The notes under the pieces: generated by a model | The model's input: only the letters and a program-made list of their open reading frames with translations | The model's database searches: none | What the model was told of the DNA's origin: nothing | Made by a program: the position numbers and the translations under genes | Assembly (NCBI GenBank): GCA_964003245.1 | Contig: CAXFIU010000003.1 | Location: 1-56,636 of the forward strand | Source: an uncultured Candidatus Poseidoniales archaeon | Lineage (GTDB): Archaea; Thermoplasmatota; Poseidoniia; Poseidoniales; Thalassarchaeaceae | DNA length: 56,636 nucleotides | Direction: 5' to 3' | Shown: positions 34,927 to 46,500 of the stretch, piece by piece | Numbering within the stretch: position 1 is the first letter of the stretch | Layout: the number at the start of each line of letters is the position of its first letter

Positions 34927-37900
34927 TTAATAATTAGGATCTTCTACCCATTCATTAGATTCTTCATCCCAAATCCACCCCTCGGTAGACTCTTCATCAG
35001 CAGTAGAATCTGACTCTGAATCTTCTTCATCAGTCGAAGAATCTTCTTCTATCTCAACAAAGAAATATACAAAAGCACCACCTAATAGAGACAATATTAC
35101 TATCGAGATGAGTGCAATCATTAACGTTGACATACCTTCATCAGGCACTCCTACGGAAATCTCGACACCACTAGAATAATCAGAACCAACATACCTGAAA
35201 TCAGGAGTGACTGGCCGATCATCAAATCGAGATGAGGGGATATCGAGAGACCAAGTCGAATCACTATTGACAATTGTACTGTTAGCAGGAACCTTATCAA
35301 TTAATGCAGTAACAGTCTTACCCGGAAGACCTATTCCTGAAAATGTAACACTCTCTCCATCTTTAACAACAGTGATATCTGGAACATTAATTTCAAAATT
35401 TATCCCAATTACGGTAAAAGTTACTGGCGACGATATTTCTTTAGAACCAAATGGGTCAGTGGCAACAAAGATTACATTTTCTAATGTCCATGAACTCATA
35501 TCAGAGTCATAGAAAAACATTGAAATTGGATCATATGTAGCAATTCCATCCTGGCCCACATTAATTACTAATGCGAAATTGTCATCTAAAGTTGCATCAG
35601 GACTAGAGTCTTCAAAGACAGATAATATTAGCTCTTGACCATTATCTATTTCCGTAAAGAATTGCCCCAAATCTATTTCTGCCTTAGTACATCTATCCTG
35701 TGATTGTGACTCTTTCTCACAATAAAGAGTGATTTCTTGTACCCAGCCATCAGAATTGAAAACAGGTTGATTGTTACCAGCATCAGAAGGGTTATCTGCA
35801 ATTATTGTAATTGTAGTCATATCGCTGTAATCATATCCATCGTATGATAAAACATCAATCTCATATTCAAAATCGTGTTGAAGTATTGTAGGATCCCAAG
35901 TAGTAGACCAAGCACCATTAGGTTCGAAATCAGAAACTGATTGCTGATGTACTATAATATCGCCATTGTAAATGTCCCTTACGGTGATATCTACTCTAGA
36001 AACTGAACCATCATTATCTCTTGCTACGCCCTCAATTGTATTATCAGAGACTGAAAGTCGCTCTCCATCCTGAGGAGAAAGTAGACTTACAAAAGGTGCT
36101 GAATTAGAGTTGTCAATAGTCAATGTCATAGTTACAGGTTGACATTCATCAATTACACTCAAACAAAAGTCAGAATCAGAAGCCCAGATAGTGAATGTAT
36201 AGTCAGATATAACTCTTGGTTGACCACTGAAATCCCATGTCCATGACCAATCAGCACCTCCAGAAGTAGGAGTAGTCCCTTCGAAATTAGGGCCACTAAT
36301 ATAGAAATAAATTTCTCCAACGTCTTGGCTACAAGCAATAGGGCAACCATATTGATCATATGCAGTGCCCTCGAATGTTACAGTTCCATCGGACCAAGTT
36401 GATCCGTCACTAGGTGAATTTACACTAATTACTGGTGGTGCTGCATTCAACTTAATTGTCCTTGTAATAATTGGACTGTAATCAATTCCATCAAACGACC
36501 TGAACTCGAATGTATAATCAGTTTCTTGATATCCTGACATATCGAATGAGTAATACCAAGAATTGAATGGATGATTGAAGCGAGTAACAGTGCCAGGTTC
36601 GGCTCCGCTATCGTCAACTGCCTGCCCAGCAGAAGCCCATTCGCTGGTGAAAGGGTCTCTAACTTCAATAGAATGAATATATCCTTTCTGATCCCACTGT
36701 GCTAATTCGTCTGTAGCATAGAATCCAGCCAACTGGCCATCATGCGCTGAACCAGTAAAGTTGACTATCTTTCTGAATGAGTGACCTGTTTCTTGAGTTA
36801 CAGAAATAGATGGCCCTGTATTTACTAAATTAATCACATCTTGGTATGTTGTATCTTGAATGACAAAGTCATCCCTATCATAACCAAAACCAAATTTGTA
36901 TGCAGTATAGTAATAACGAGAAAGTTCACGAGTTCCCGCACTATAGTCGCAATCATCATCATTATTATCAATAGTTAAATCGCCATCATTATCTATTCCA
37001 TCGGAGCATGAATCTTCATATTCATCATCTGCAAAACCATCAGGATTATCCCCTCCAGCAAGTCCTCGGAAATCAAGATGTGAATCTGAAGCCAAGGCAA
37101 ACCAGGGAGTATATCCATCATCATCTGTATATAATGAATATAGGTCATTACCTAGAGCATCTTCAATTAACACATTGGCATTTTCTACTTTCATGCCATC
37201 GACTAACGTTTGAAATCTAACCATTTCTGCTCTTCTCACTTGGACGGCATATTGAGTGGGTTGAGATTTAATAAATATCTTTGATGTATCGACATTTGAT
37301 AGATTGGCAAATGTAAAAACTGTAGAATTATTATCCATATTTACTGCAAGTGGGAAATTTCTAGGAGTTAAATTATCACAACTAGCACATTCAGAAATTG
37401 GAGTAGGGATAATTGCACCTTGGAATCCATTGGCAGGCCAAGCTTCTTGATCAGGCCAGTCCAATATCACTGGATATTCACCAGGAGGTGAACTAGGTAT
37501 GAACTCTGATTGAACAGTTACAGAAGATTTAGTAATATTGTAAGCTGTTTCAATACCATTCCAAGTATTTAATGAAAAGAAACCCAGTGAACCGTATTGT
37601 TGTGTATTTGCAAAACCACTATCATAATTTCTAATCACAGCGCCCGTTCCAGGAGTATTGAATAGATTTCTTTGAACATCCATCAGTCCACCGATTGCTC
37701 TGATTCCATCAGCATCTCCACCTAAACTAAATTCATTGTCATAAAGCGTTACTCCTGAACGGAATACACTGACTGCAGGACAGGTGTATTCACCTCCCCA
37801 ATACTTGAAACTAGAACAAGTACCCGGAGTATTTACACTGACTGTGTTATTTGTAAAATGAAGTCTAGATGCTGAAGGAGCAGGTCCAGATGATGATAAT

Positions 37901-39147
37901 TCCCCAACTTGAATAGGAGTTTTGGCGGTATCAATAATTGTATTATATTCAGCAATGACATCGAATGAACCAGTTAGCCAGAGTCCATTCCAACCACCGA
38001 TTGGCCCGATATCATTATTGTGAATGTAGGCCTTACTAGATTGCACAGTAATACCTGAACGATCTGCTACACCTGAAATCTCATTGTTATGTAATTCCGC
38101 ATCTCCTCCATCATAAACTGTAATTCCTGATCCTTCATCAGTATTGATCTCATTATATCCTACCTCAAACGTATATGCAACTCCCTGTATCGCTTTGACT
38201 CCATTGATATCAACGCCATTACAATTTACATTTATATCGGAATTAGTTAGTAAACCTGATGAGCTAACAAATGCAAAACCATAATCACCAGTATTCACCG
38301 TTGCATCATTAATCTCAATGAATGTTTCTTGGGCCCATAATGTTGGACGGCCCCCGTCGTTGTTTCCACAACCATTATCCGTACCAATAAAGAACGGAGA
38401 ATTCATTACAAGAGGAGTGACCTGTGTCCCAGAACCATATATCTGGACCGCGGAACCACCTACTCCACTTTTCCCATCGTTACCAGCAACATAAGTCCCT
38501 CCCTCGAATATTGGTTGTGCGAGATTAGTAGTTAAGACACTGCTAGTATTAATATTTTCAAATCTCATTTGAGTCAAAGTAGGGGATGCTCCATCAATAA
38601 CCATGGCTCCATATCTCCATCGGTTAATTGAATCAATGTAGTATGGAATACCCCAAGCATCATCTATTGTAATGTGTCTGAAACCTGTTTCTGACAAATC
38701 AATAGAGCTGCGAATTAATATTCCTTCGAAGCATGAGGCGTCTTCAACCTGTATTTCTTGGGATCCTTGCGTCATTCCTTTACATTCTCCAATCTCACTA
38801 GAATTGGAAGGATCGGTCCAACGCAGAGTAATTTTATTCGCGAGACTTGCATCTCCTGAAGATCCGCAAGACATGTCTCCTGCACAAAGATTTCCTCTTA
38901 CGTCGAGATAAGTCCCGTTAGGGAAAATTACAGTGGTCCCCGGTTGAATAATCAGCTTGGCACCTGATGCGATAGTAACGTCTCCAGTTAACTGATGTGT
39001 CCCAGACCATGTCTCCGAGGTAGTAATGGTTCCTGAAGTAGTTTCATTATTTGCCATCACAGGACTTGCAGGCCCTACTAAAGCGATTAACACACTAGAT
39101 AACATCAGAAATACTAGGAAGGAACTTCTTGCTCGGCGCTTGGACAT
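34927..39147 (-). CDS. Giant surface protein (1406 aa): signal peptide, right-handed parallel beta-helix (PbH1) region, Ig-like domains, TM anchor, acidic cytoplasmic tail
   Basis: Leader MSKRRARSSFLVFLMLSSVLIALVGPASPVMA. Beta-helix repeats such as GITVYDGGDAELHNNEISG and GITVQSSKAYIHNNDIG. Ig-like units VTFEGTAYDQYG and IEGVARDNDGSVSRVDITV. TM is LMIALISIVILSLLGGAFVYFFV, followed by the tail EIEEDSSTDEEDSESDSTADEESTEGWIWDEESNEWVEDPNY. Confidence 0.8.
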   Translation of the reverse strand: MSKRRARSSFLVFLMLSSVLIALVGPASPVMANNETTSGTITTSETWSGTHQLTGDVTIASGAKLIIQPGTTVIFPNGTYLDVRGNLCAGDMSCGSSGDASLANKITLRWTDPSNSSEIGECKGMTQGSQEIQVEDASCFEGILIRSSIDLSETGFRHITIDDAWGIPYYIDSINRWRYGAMVIDGASPTLTQMRFENINTSSVLTTNLAQPIFEGGTYVAGNDGKSGVGGSAVQIYGSGTQVTPLVMNSPFFIGTDNGCGNNDGGRPTLWAQETFIEINDATVNTGDYGFAFVSSSGLLTNSDINVNCNGVDINGVKAIQGVAYTFEVGYNEINTDEGSGITVYDGGDAELHNNEISGVADRSGITVQSSKAYIHNNDIGPIGGWNGLWLTGSFDVIAEYNTIIDTAKTPIQVGELSSSGPAPSASRLHFTNNTVSVNTPGTCSSFKYWGGEYTCPAVSVFRSGVTLYDNEFSLGGDADGIRAIGGLMDVQRNLFNTPGTGAVIRNYDSGFANTQQYGSLGFFSLNTWNGIETAYNITKSSVTVQSEFIPSSPPGEYPVILDWPDQEAWPANGFQGAIIPTPISECASCDNLTPRNFPLAVNMDNNSTVFTFANLSNVDTSKIFIKSQPTQYAVQVRRAEMVRFQTLVDGMKVENANVLIEDALGNDLYSLYTDDDGYTPWFALASDSHLDFRGLAGGDNPDGFADDEYEDSCSDGIDNDGDLTIDNNDDDCDYSAGTRELSRYYYTAYKFGFGYDRDDFVIQDTTYQDVINLVNTGPSISVTQETGHSFRKIVNFTGSAHDGQLAGFYATDELAQWDQKGYIHSIEVRDPFTSEWASAGQAVDDSGAEPGTVTRFNHPFNSWYYSFDMSGYQETDYTFEFRSFDGIDYSPIITRTIKLNAAPPVISVNSPSDGSTWSDGTVTFEGTAYDQYGCPIACSQDVGEIYFYISGPNFEGTTPTSGGADWSWTWDFSGQPRVISDYTFTIWASDSDFCLSVIDECQPVTMTLTIDNSNSAPFVSLLSPQDGERLSVSDNTIEGVARDNDGSVSRVDITVRDIYNGDIIVHQQSVSDFEPNGAWSTTWDPTILQHDFEYEIDVLSYDGYDYSDMTTITIIADNPSDAGNNQPVFNSDGWVQEITLYCEKESQSQDRCTKAEIDLGQFFTEIDNGQELILSVFEDSSPDATLDDNFALVINVGQDGIATYDPISMFFYDSDMSSWTLENVIFVATDPFGSKEISSPVTFTVIGINFEINVPDITVVKDGESVTFSGIGLPGKTVTALIDKVPANSTIVNSDSTWSLDIPSSRFDDRPVTPDFRYVGSDYSSGVEISVGVPDEGMSTLMIALISIVILSLLGGAFVYFFVEIEEDSSTDEEDSESDSTADEESTEGWIWDEESNEWVEDPNY

Positions 39148-39245
39148 GTTTTACCGTGTTATGAATCATTTATGAACGATATAGTTACAATGTGCGTTTA
39201 TGTATCAACAAAGCGAATTAGTATCACGTTTCAGGAAATTAAAAA

Positions 39246-40493
39246 TTATGCTACATTAAATAAAAAGGCAACTTCATTGGACCACTCTACTAAATCTAAA
39301 GAGCCATACCCAGAATGTGAATTATGAGTGTCGGATTCGAAGTTAGTTCTGTCAGAAGATGTTGCTAATGCCTGTTTAACAAGACTCATTTCATTCTCAT
39401 CTATGATTCCATCGGACCCTTCAATATCCTCTCCAAATTGTTGAATTATTAATGCTAAAGCACCTGATACGAAAACGGTAGAGTCGCTGGTTCCTGAAGA
39501 ATAAGCATATGGTGATGGCAATGCGCTTGATGCTGTTGAGAAAATATTAACACCCGGTGCTAAAACCTCCGGTTTCTGATTTGGAAAATCTCTTTCTTCT
39601 CCAGTTACTGGATCAATTGATGAACCAAAAGCACTGCTCCCCCATACATTTCCAGATTTGCTAATAGCTCCAACAGAAATTACCCCTGGTATACTAGAAG
39701 GTTGAGAAACATCATTTATTTCGAGATCAAGTCCCGTATTTCCTGCAGCAGCTACAACGAAAATACCGGCATCCAATGCTTCTTGAACAGCAGAGTTAGT
39801 TTGTGAACCAGCCCCCGAATTAAATTGAGAAGGCGAGCCTCCTAGACTCAATGAAATAATGTCAACTTTCTGAGTAATTCTACACCATCTAATAGCTTGT
39901 GCAACTCGATCTGTAGAACCTGAAGTGCCTTCTGAATCCAAAGCTAGAGCCACCGATAAGCCTACTTCTGGAGCAACTCCCTTAGAAGTACCATTAGATA
40001 TTAATATTCCAGTCATTAATGTCCCATGCGAACTTTCACCGACGTCTCTAACTGAATCATGATTGCCACTTACAAAATCTCTGAACCCTAACAGTTTTTG
40101 ATGAGAAAAATCAGGGTGTTCAATATCTACTCCTGTATCCACAATACATACATGTACTCCTTGACCAAAATATCCTTCTGATTGTAATTGCCTAATTCCA
40201 GAATCTTCGTAAGCCCATTCTGAATCTGGGAGTATTGGTATTAAGTATGAGTTAATCCAAGGCCAACCAGCGATTAAAAGGAGTGTGAATAACGAGAATA
40301 GAATTGCGCCATTAGGCCATAGATATTTTTTGATTGGCCCCATAGGCCAGCGCAACTGTTGTGCCTCTTCGTCACTTAGACCATAATCAGAACCTGGATA
40401 ACCAGGAGCTTTACTATCAATTGCAGTTAGAATACGGTGGTCATCTGGTTCTGGAAGCAAATCAAGATTCTCTAAAGACCTCAAAAGAATCAC
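39246..40493 (-). CDS. Membrane-anchored subtilisin-like serine peptidase (S8)
   Basis: VCIVDTGVDIEHPDF (Asp), SSHGTLMTG (His), AAAGNTG (oxyanion Asn), SGTSDSTVFVSGA (Ser). Single N-terminal TM/signal anchor AILFSLFTLLLIAGWPW. GTG 40493 opens the ORF; ATG 40343 (MGPIKKYLW...) is an alternative start. Confidence 0.85.
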   Translation of the reverse strand: MILLRSLENLDLLPEPDDHRILTAIDSKAPGYPGSDYGLSDEEAQQLRWPMGPIKKYLWPNGAILFSLFTLLLIAGWPWINSYLIPILPDSEWAYEDSGIRQLQSEGYFGQGVHVCIVDTGVDIEHPDFSHQKLLGFRDFVSGNHDSVRDVGESSHGTLMTGILISNGTSKGVAPEVGLSVALALDSEGTSGSTDRVAQAIRWCRITQKVDIISLSLGGSPSQFNSGAGSQTNSAVQEALDAGIFVVAAAGNTGLDLEINDVSQPSSIPGVISVGAISKSGNVWGSSAFGSSIDPVTGEERDFPNQKPEVLAPGVNIFSTASSALPSPYAYSSGTSDSTVFVSGALALIIQQFGEDIEGSDGIIDENEMSLVKQALATSSDRTNFESDTHNSHSGYGSLDLVEWSNEVAFLFNVA

Positions 40494-40562
40494 TACCTAT
40501 ACATTAGGGAAAAGATTCAGTATAAGAATCTCTGTTCCTAAAGTACGGTAATCATCTCTTTA

Positions 40563-43500
40563 TCAGAACGGAGCGCCAGGGCGACGGGAACGTCCCTTGG
40601 TTAGATATAGCCCAATTAACACCAATGCAATGACTAAGATATATGCAATAATATCTGTATTCTCATCATCAGTAACAGCAGGAGATCGAACATCCACATT
40701 CATTACTCCTTGCTCCACTCCATCGCTAATATGCCATGAGTCATCGTCTATATTTTCTTCATTAAATCCTGTTGAGTTTATATCAAGCATGATGAAATAA
40801 GGCCCCACATCAATATCTGACAAATCAAACAAGAAACTAAATTGAGTAGAAGTTTTTGCAGAAATATCCATTATTGTTGTCGCAGTTACAGATGTAGGAG
40901 AAGCGCAAAGCGCATCCGCACATAGAATAGAATTGAGTTCTACATTTTTCGCATCGACCAATCCATCATTAGATAATGTAGCAATATATGTGATTTGTCC
41001 GCCTGCTTCTGGTTCTCCACCTCCATAGGCTTGTAAACTCTCAATCTTCAATACTGGTTCAGAACTCTGAATATTTATTTCAATAACTTCGTATGAGTTG
41101 TTGACTTTATCGGTCACAGAAACATAAATTGAGAATTCTTCATTGGAGGTTGCATCACTTGGAGATACTACTGTTACACTGTGAGAAGTACTAACGAAAC
41201 TACCAAGTGTGTGCGAAGTCGGACCTGTTCTACTCCATCCATCAGGTAACTCTGAGTCGTCAAACTCAAAATCATATTTTTCATCGCCATTTCCAGAATT
41301 TGTAAAATCAATCGGAATAATAATTGATTCACCAGGAGATACTCCATATGAATCAGCCATAGGATTTGTTAGTTCGAAGCCATGTATTTGAGGGACTCGA
41401 ACAATCAAATCATGTGTTGCTAGATAACCATCTAAAGTTGAGATACTGATTGTAATCTTATGGCCATCCTCGAAAGAATGTGCTACAGATTGGTTAGGTG
41501 GAATCACACGAACATTCAAACTGTTGAAATCAAGACTATTATCTAGACCGACTTCGAACTGTGTTGAACTAGTCCAGTTTCCAGAACCATTATTGAATTC
41601 AACTGTCCAATCTGAACTATCTGTTCCCGAAACAATACCTCCGACTGTAAATACATCAAACGATTCATGCCCTAGATAATCTACGCCAAGAGTGAAATCG
41701 ACTGGGATGAAACCATTCGTTTCATTTAGAACTAGTGAAACATCACCTAATGAACCGATGTAACTTTCATGCCCTGAAGTCCCATTCAAGGTATTAATCT
41801 CTATTTCATGATTTGAAACTCTGTTGAATAACAGATTCATAATTGGAGACTCTTGGCCAGAATAAACGTCAACACCTCTTCCTGCCGTGAATTCCATAAT
41901 CAATCCTCTCTGTTCTATGTCGAAGTTTCCTGAGAATTGGACATTACCATTAGGTAGCAAGAGATCTAGACTTCCATTTTCATCAACATTTTCTAACCAT
42001 TTCATACCAAATCCAATATCTATCAATACATTAGCGTCCAAAATTTCTCCTAGATTACGTGAGTTTCCATCATAATCTAACCATTCTGTTTGTACTCCAA
42101 GAGTACCTCCTCTAGTTAATTCCATATCTAAATTGTTTGAACTACCAGTTACATCAACATCCATAAGACCCATAATTACTAGATCTTGACTTGGCACACT
42201 GGCACGGACAATCCATAATCCTGGTTCCAATTCAGAAGACCAACTACCAGACCAACCAGTATCTTCATCAGCTACTATTTCGATAGTAACGGTATCTCTA
42301 ACTAGGCCCTCAGTAGGGATTAACATCAATACTATATCTTCGACAGGGATACTAGAAATACCAAGATCATAAGTAATGTTTCCATAAACATCAACTAAAC
42401 CTGCAATTAATTCTAGATCAACATCATTTGGAGAATCTGAAACCGCCACGTTCTCATCAATATTTTCAAAGCCATCATAAATTGTTTGGATTTGCCAACT
42501 TGTATTGTAAGGTACAAATAATTCCCATTCACCGGCTTCATCGGTTGAAATTGAATGTTCAATTGTATCTGATGTTGCTGTGAAAGTCATCTGGACTTCG
42601 GAAATACCTTCGCCAACGTTTGATACATTATTATCATTAAGATCCCAGAATACAGTACCAGCCAAGGCAACATATAGATTAGCTTGTAAATCAACATGAT
42701 TTTCGCCCACAACAATTGTAATTGGATGACTTTCTACAACCCATCTCTTACCATCATCAGTATAATTAAGAGAAACTATCCAATCACCTTCTACTATGTC
42801 AATAGTTGTAATTCCACTACTATTTGTTGCTTCAATACTAAATGAACCTAGATTATTAGCAGATTCCATTAATAGGCTAACTCCTGATAGAGGAGAATTA
42901 GAGGAATCTACAGAAACATTAAACGAAATTTCTGCGAGTTGACTAGTTGATAGCGCCAAACTATCATCAGAAATATCAGAATTAACAGATAGGAGAGTTC
43001 TCAGTCCTTCCCTAACATCGTTGTTTAACACCTCAGTAGTGGCTATCCAATCGCCTTGAGGGAAGAAATCAATAATGCTTCCATTGGAGTCAGTAGTTCT
43101 AGATAATACCCAACCATTTTCAACATTGGTGAATCTTACTAATTGTTCTGACAACTCACCTCCACTTTCATTGGTGAATGACATTTCTACTTTCCATTCA
43201 GGATCAAATCCGATGCTTCTTGAAATGTTGGTCGAGTCAATACCTACTTGGACATCTACTTCGCCGCTCATTATTCTAGTTCCAAATAAATCTCCTGAAG
43301 ATGGGTCAGCAATATCTACAGATATCCTATAAATTCCTGGTTCCACAGATACCTGTGCAACACCATTATCAATCCAATTATTTGAAGAAGAATTAACATG
43401 GTAATCAATACCATTAATTAAGGATAGAAGACTGAAATCATAAGTTACTGGAGTACCATTAGATACATTATTATCATCAGAATTATCGAGGAAGAAATCT

Positions 43501-46500
43501 AAAGTTAATACAGAATCTTCAGGGTAAATAATGACTTCAACGGTATTATTGTTATTATCTACATTTGTAATATTAGTTCCTGAATTGAGCTCGTCGGATA
43601 AAACTGTGAATTCCCATGTACCCTTAGGTAGAACCATCTCAAAGAAACCACCATCATTAGTTTCTGAACGCCATGTAACATCATATTCTTCACTTTGTGC
43701 GACTACTGTGACTGGCTCCCAACCACCTATCTCTGTATTGAATAAGTTGTTTTCTCGATTGACGCTTACTGCACCATCGATTGCTTGACCCGGCCGAGCA
43801 ACCATAGTAATCTTATCCATATTTTCATCGACTGTGAACTTTGTTCCATTTACTAGTTTCAGATCAACTCCTAATTGTGCAATTGCATCAACGTCAGAAC
43901 CTACTGGTAAAACAATACTGAATGTCCCATCAAATGAGGTTTCAACGGTCGTACTAAAATCATCCCAATAGAAAACGATAGGTACGAATTCCAGTATCTT
44001 ACTTGTATCTATGGTGTCTGATTCAATATTTTCATCATAATATAAAGTACCATTCACAGTCTGACTTGTATAGAAATTATATGTATCTGTAAAGTCGGAA
44101 TTGGCAAATACTTCAATTTCTTCCCATAATTGTTCGGTCTCGGATAAGGTATAATTTAAAATCCATGTACCAGGAGTTAATTCGACGTAATAATTGTTTG
44201 AAGAGTTATCATATAATGAATCCACTGGAGAACCTGAACCATTCTTCTGATTAAAGGTCAAATCAAGCCCCTCTACAGCTATATCAACACCATCTTCCAC
44301 TTTAATCAGTTGGAAAGTTAAATCTGTGGTTTGAGGTATTGGAGAAGGTAGAACAAATGATGATTCTTCGTTAGAGTCGACAGTGAACTCCAATATAGAT
44401 TCTGAGAAATTATCTGAATCTGTATCGATAGTTGCGATGTATGAACCTGGCATAATTGGGCCAAACTCAATCTTAGAACCTACTAATATGTCATTTTCAT
44501 AAGTTAACTGAGGGAAAATATGGCATGGCGCATATTTTACAACTTCACAGTCACCAATTTCCTCAACATTTGAAGAAGAATCTACTGATTCAAGAAGAAC
44601 ATGTGAATCGAGATAATTTCCTGAAACATCGATTAGTGTACCTGTTATCAAACCACCATTGATATCTATCTCCGTCGGAAGTACTGAAACCGCTTGAGTA
44701 ATTGTAAAACCATCATTAATTTCTATACGTGTATCGTCACTAAAAATAACTGCTACATCATAAGAACCAGGAATTGCATCAACCACATGGAACGTACCTG
44801 GTTGAACCATCACACCACTGAATATTCCCATTCCAGAGAATGTACCAGTTGCATTGATTGTACCATAATTTTCCAGACTACTATCTGATGTATCTGGAGA
44901 AAATACTCCTGAACCTATTAGAGTTGATTGAACTAGTTTCTGAGTAAATGATGCTACCCCATTAGCAGTGAAACGACCACTAGCATTAACAATTCCATCG
45001 AGAAGATAATTACCATCAGATTGTATGCATAAACTATTGTTCTCTGGCATTGTTTCATTTAATTCACAATTTACTATATCTGAGAGGTCATCATTGATCT
45101 CACCGTCAATAATTCCTTTACCTGCAAACTCTCCTTCACCAGTAACGCTATGATTATTGAATACAGTTTGAGTGTAGTTTCCAGTGAAATCAGATACTGT
45201 AGCTATAGATGATGTAATTACATTACCTTCTCCAGTAAAAGTAACTTCACCAGTCCCTTCAAATCTCAAATCATCGCCCATTATTGAACCATTTGATGTT
45301 GAAACCAAATATGGAGATGCTTCTATATTATCCCATGACGGAGAAAGTTCAATTGTAGCATCATCTAAAGAGTTACCAGAAAATATTTCTGAACCAGACC
45401 AAACTAGTCTTCCGATTGAAGATACGGGGCTAACTGAAATAGATACAGGAATTATTTCTTCTCCATTACTGTGACCATCTTCGCCTGAAATATTAACAGT
45501 GGTCTCTGAAAGCCAGGTTGAACCGGACACATTACCCAAAATACCTGTGATTGGATTCAGAGTACGGACTCCTGAAGTTTCACTCTCGAAAATATCTCCT
45601 AAAGTTTGGCCAACATTTGAAGTCATAATCTGAGTTCTAGCGGCTTCGAGATTCGATTCGCCATAGAATGCAGAAACACGAATTTTACCCGCAGGAGCTA
45701 AGAAACTGAAATCACCATTTGAATCTGCATCAGTAGTCCCTATTGGTATCCAATAAGTTCTTTGATCTCTATCTGTTACTTGACCATCAATTTCTACTTC
45801 ATCACCACTAAAAGCATCTCTTTCAATTAGAATTCTAGCATTAGGTACTGGACCTATTCCTTCTAATTCAACTGTACCTTCAATAGTAGCACCACTGTAG
45901 TATTTCATTACTTTAACTTGAGTATTAGCACTTCCAATACCCAAATTTTCACATTCAGGATCTAATTGATTACCATCTTCATCTGTCTCACAATCAGGAG
46001 CATACCAGTTCGAAAGAACAAGATGATTCATCATAGCACCAGGAAGAGGATAGGCGTTTTCCAAGTAAGAACCAGGCGCACCTGAGGTATAGAAGTGAGG
46101 AGCTGGTTGCTCTGCATCACCAGGTAGCCCTAAGGTAGAACTACCATATCCTACGTAAATTCTAGCAACCATTGTATCGAAGAATTCTGGTTGATGTTGA
46201 TAGTCAATATCAACCATTCTGATCATCTCATTAACATCTGTTAAGGCACCAGATTGTTGTCGAATTACATCGTTAAGATATTCATTTTCATATTCCTCAC
46301 CTGTTCGTGGAATAATTGGCCCATCTCCTCTTTGTGTCTGATAAACTGATGAAATATAGGTTTCAGTATCTAATCCAGATAACGAAGTAGGAGCATGGAA
46401 GATTCCTGTAGTTTGTCCTTGATGGTAACTATAATCCTCATAATACTGTCCTCCAAGAGGGTAAAGGCGATTATCTACAGCAAAATATCTAATCTCATTA

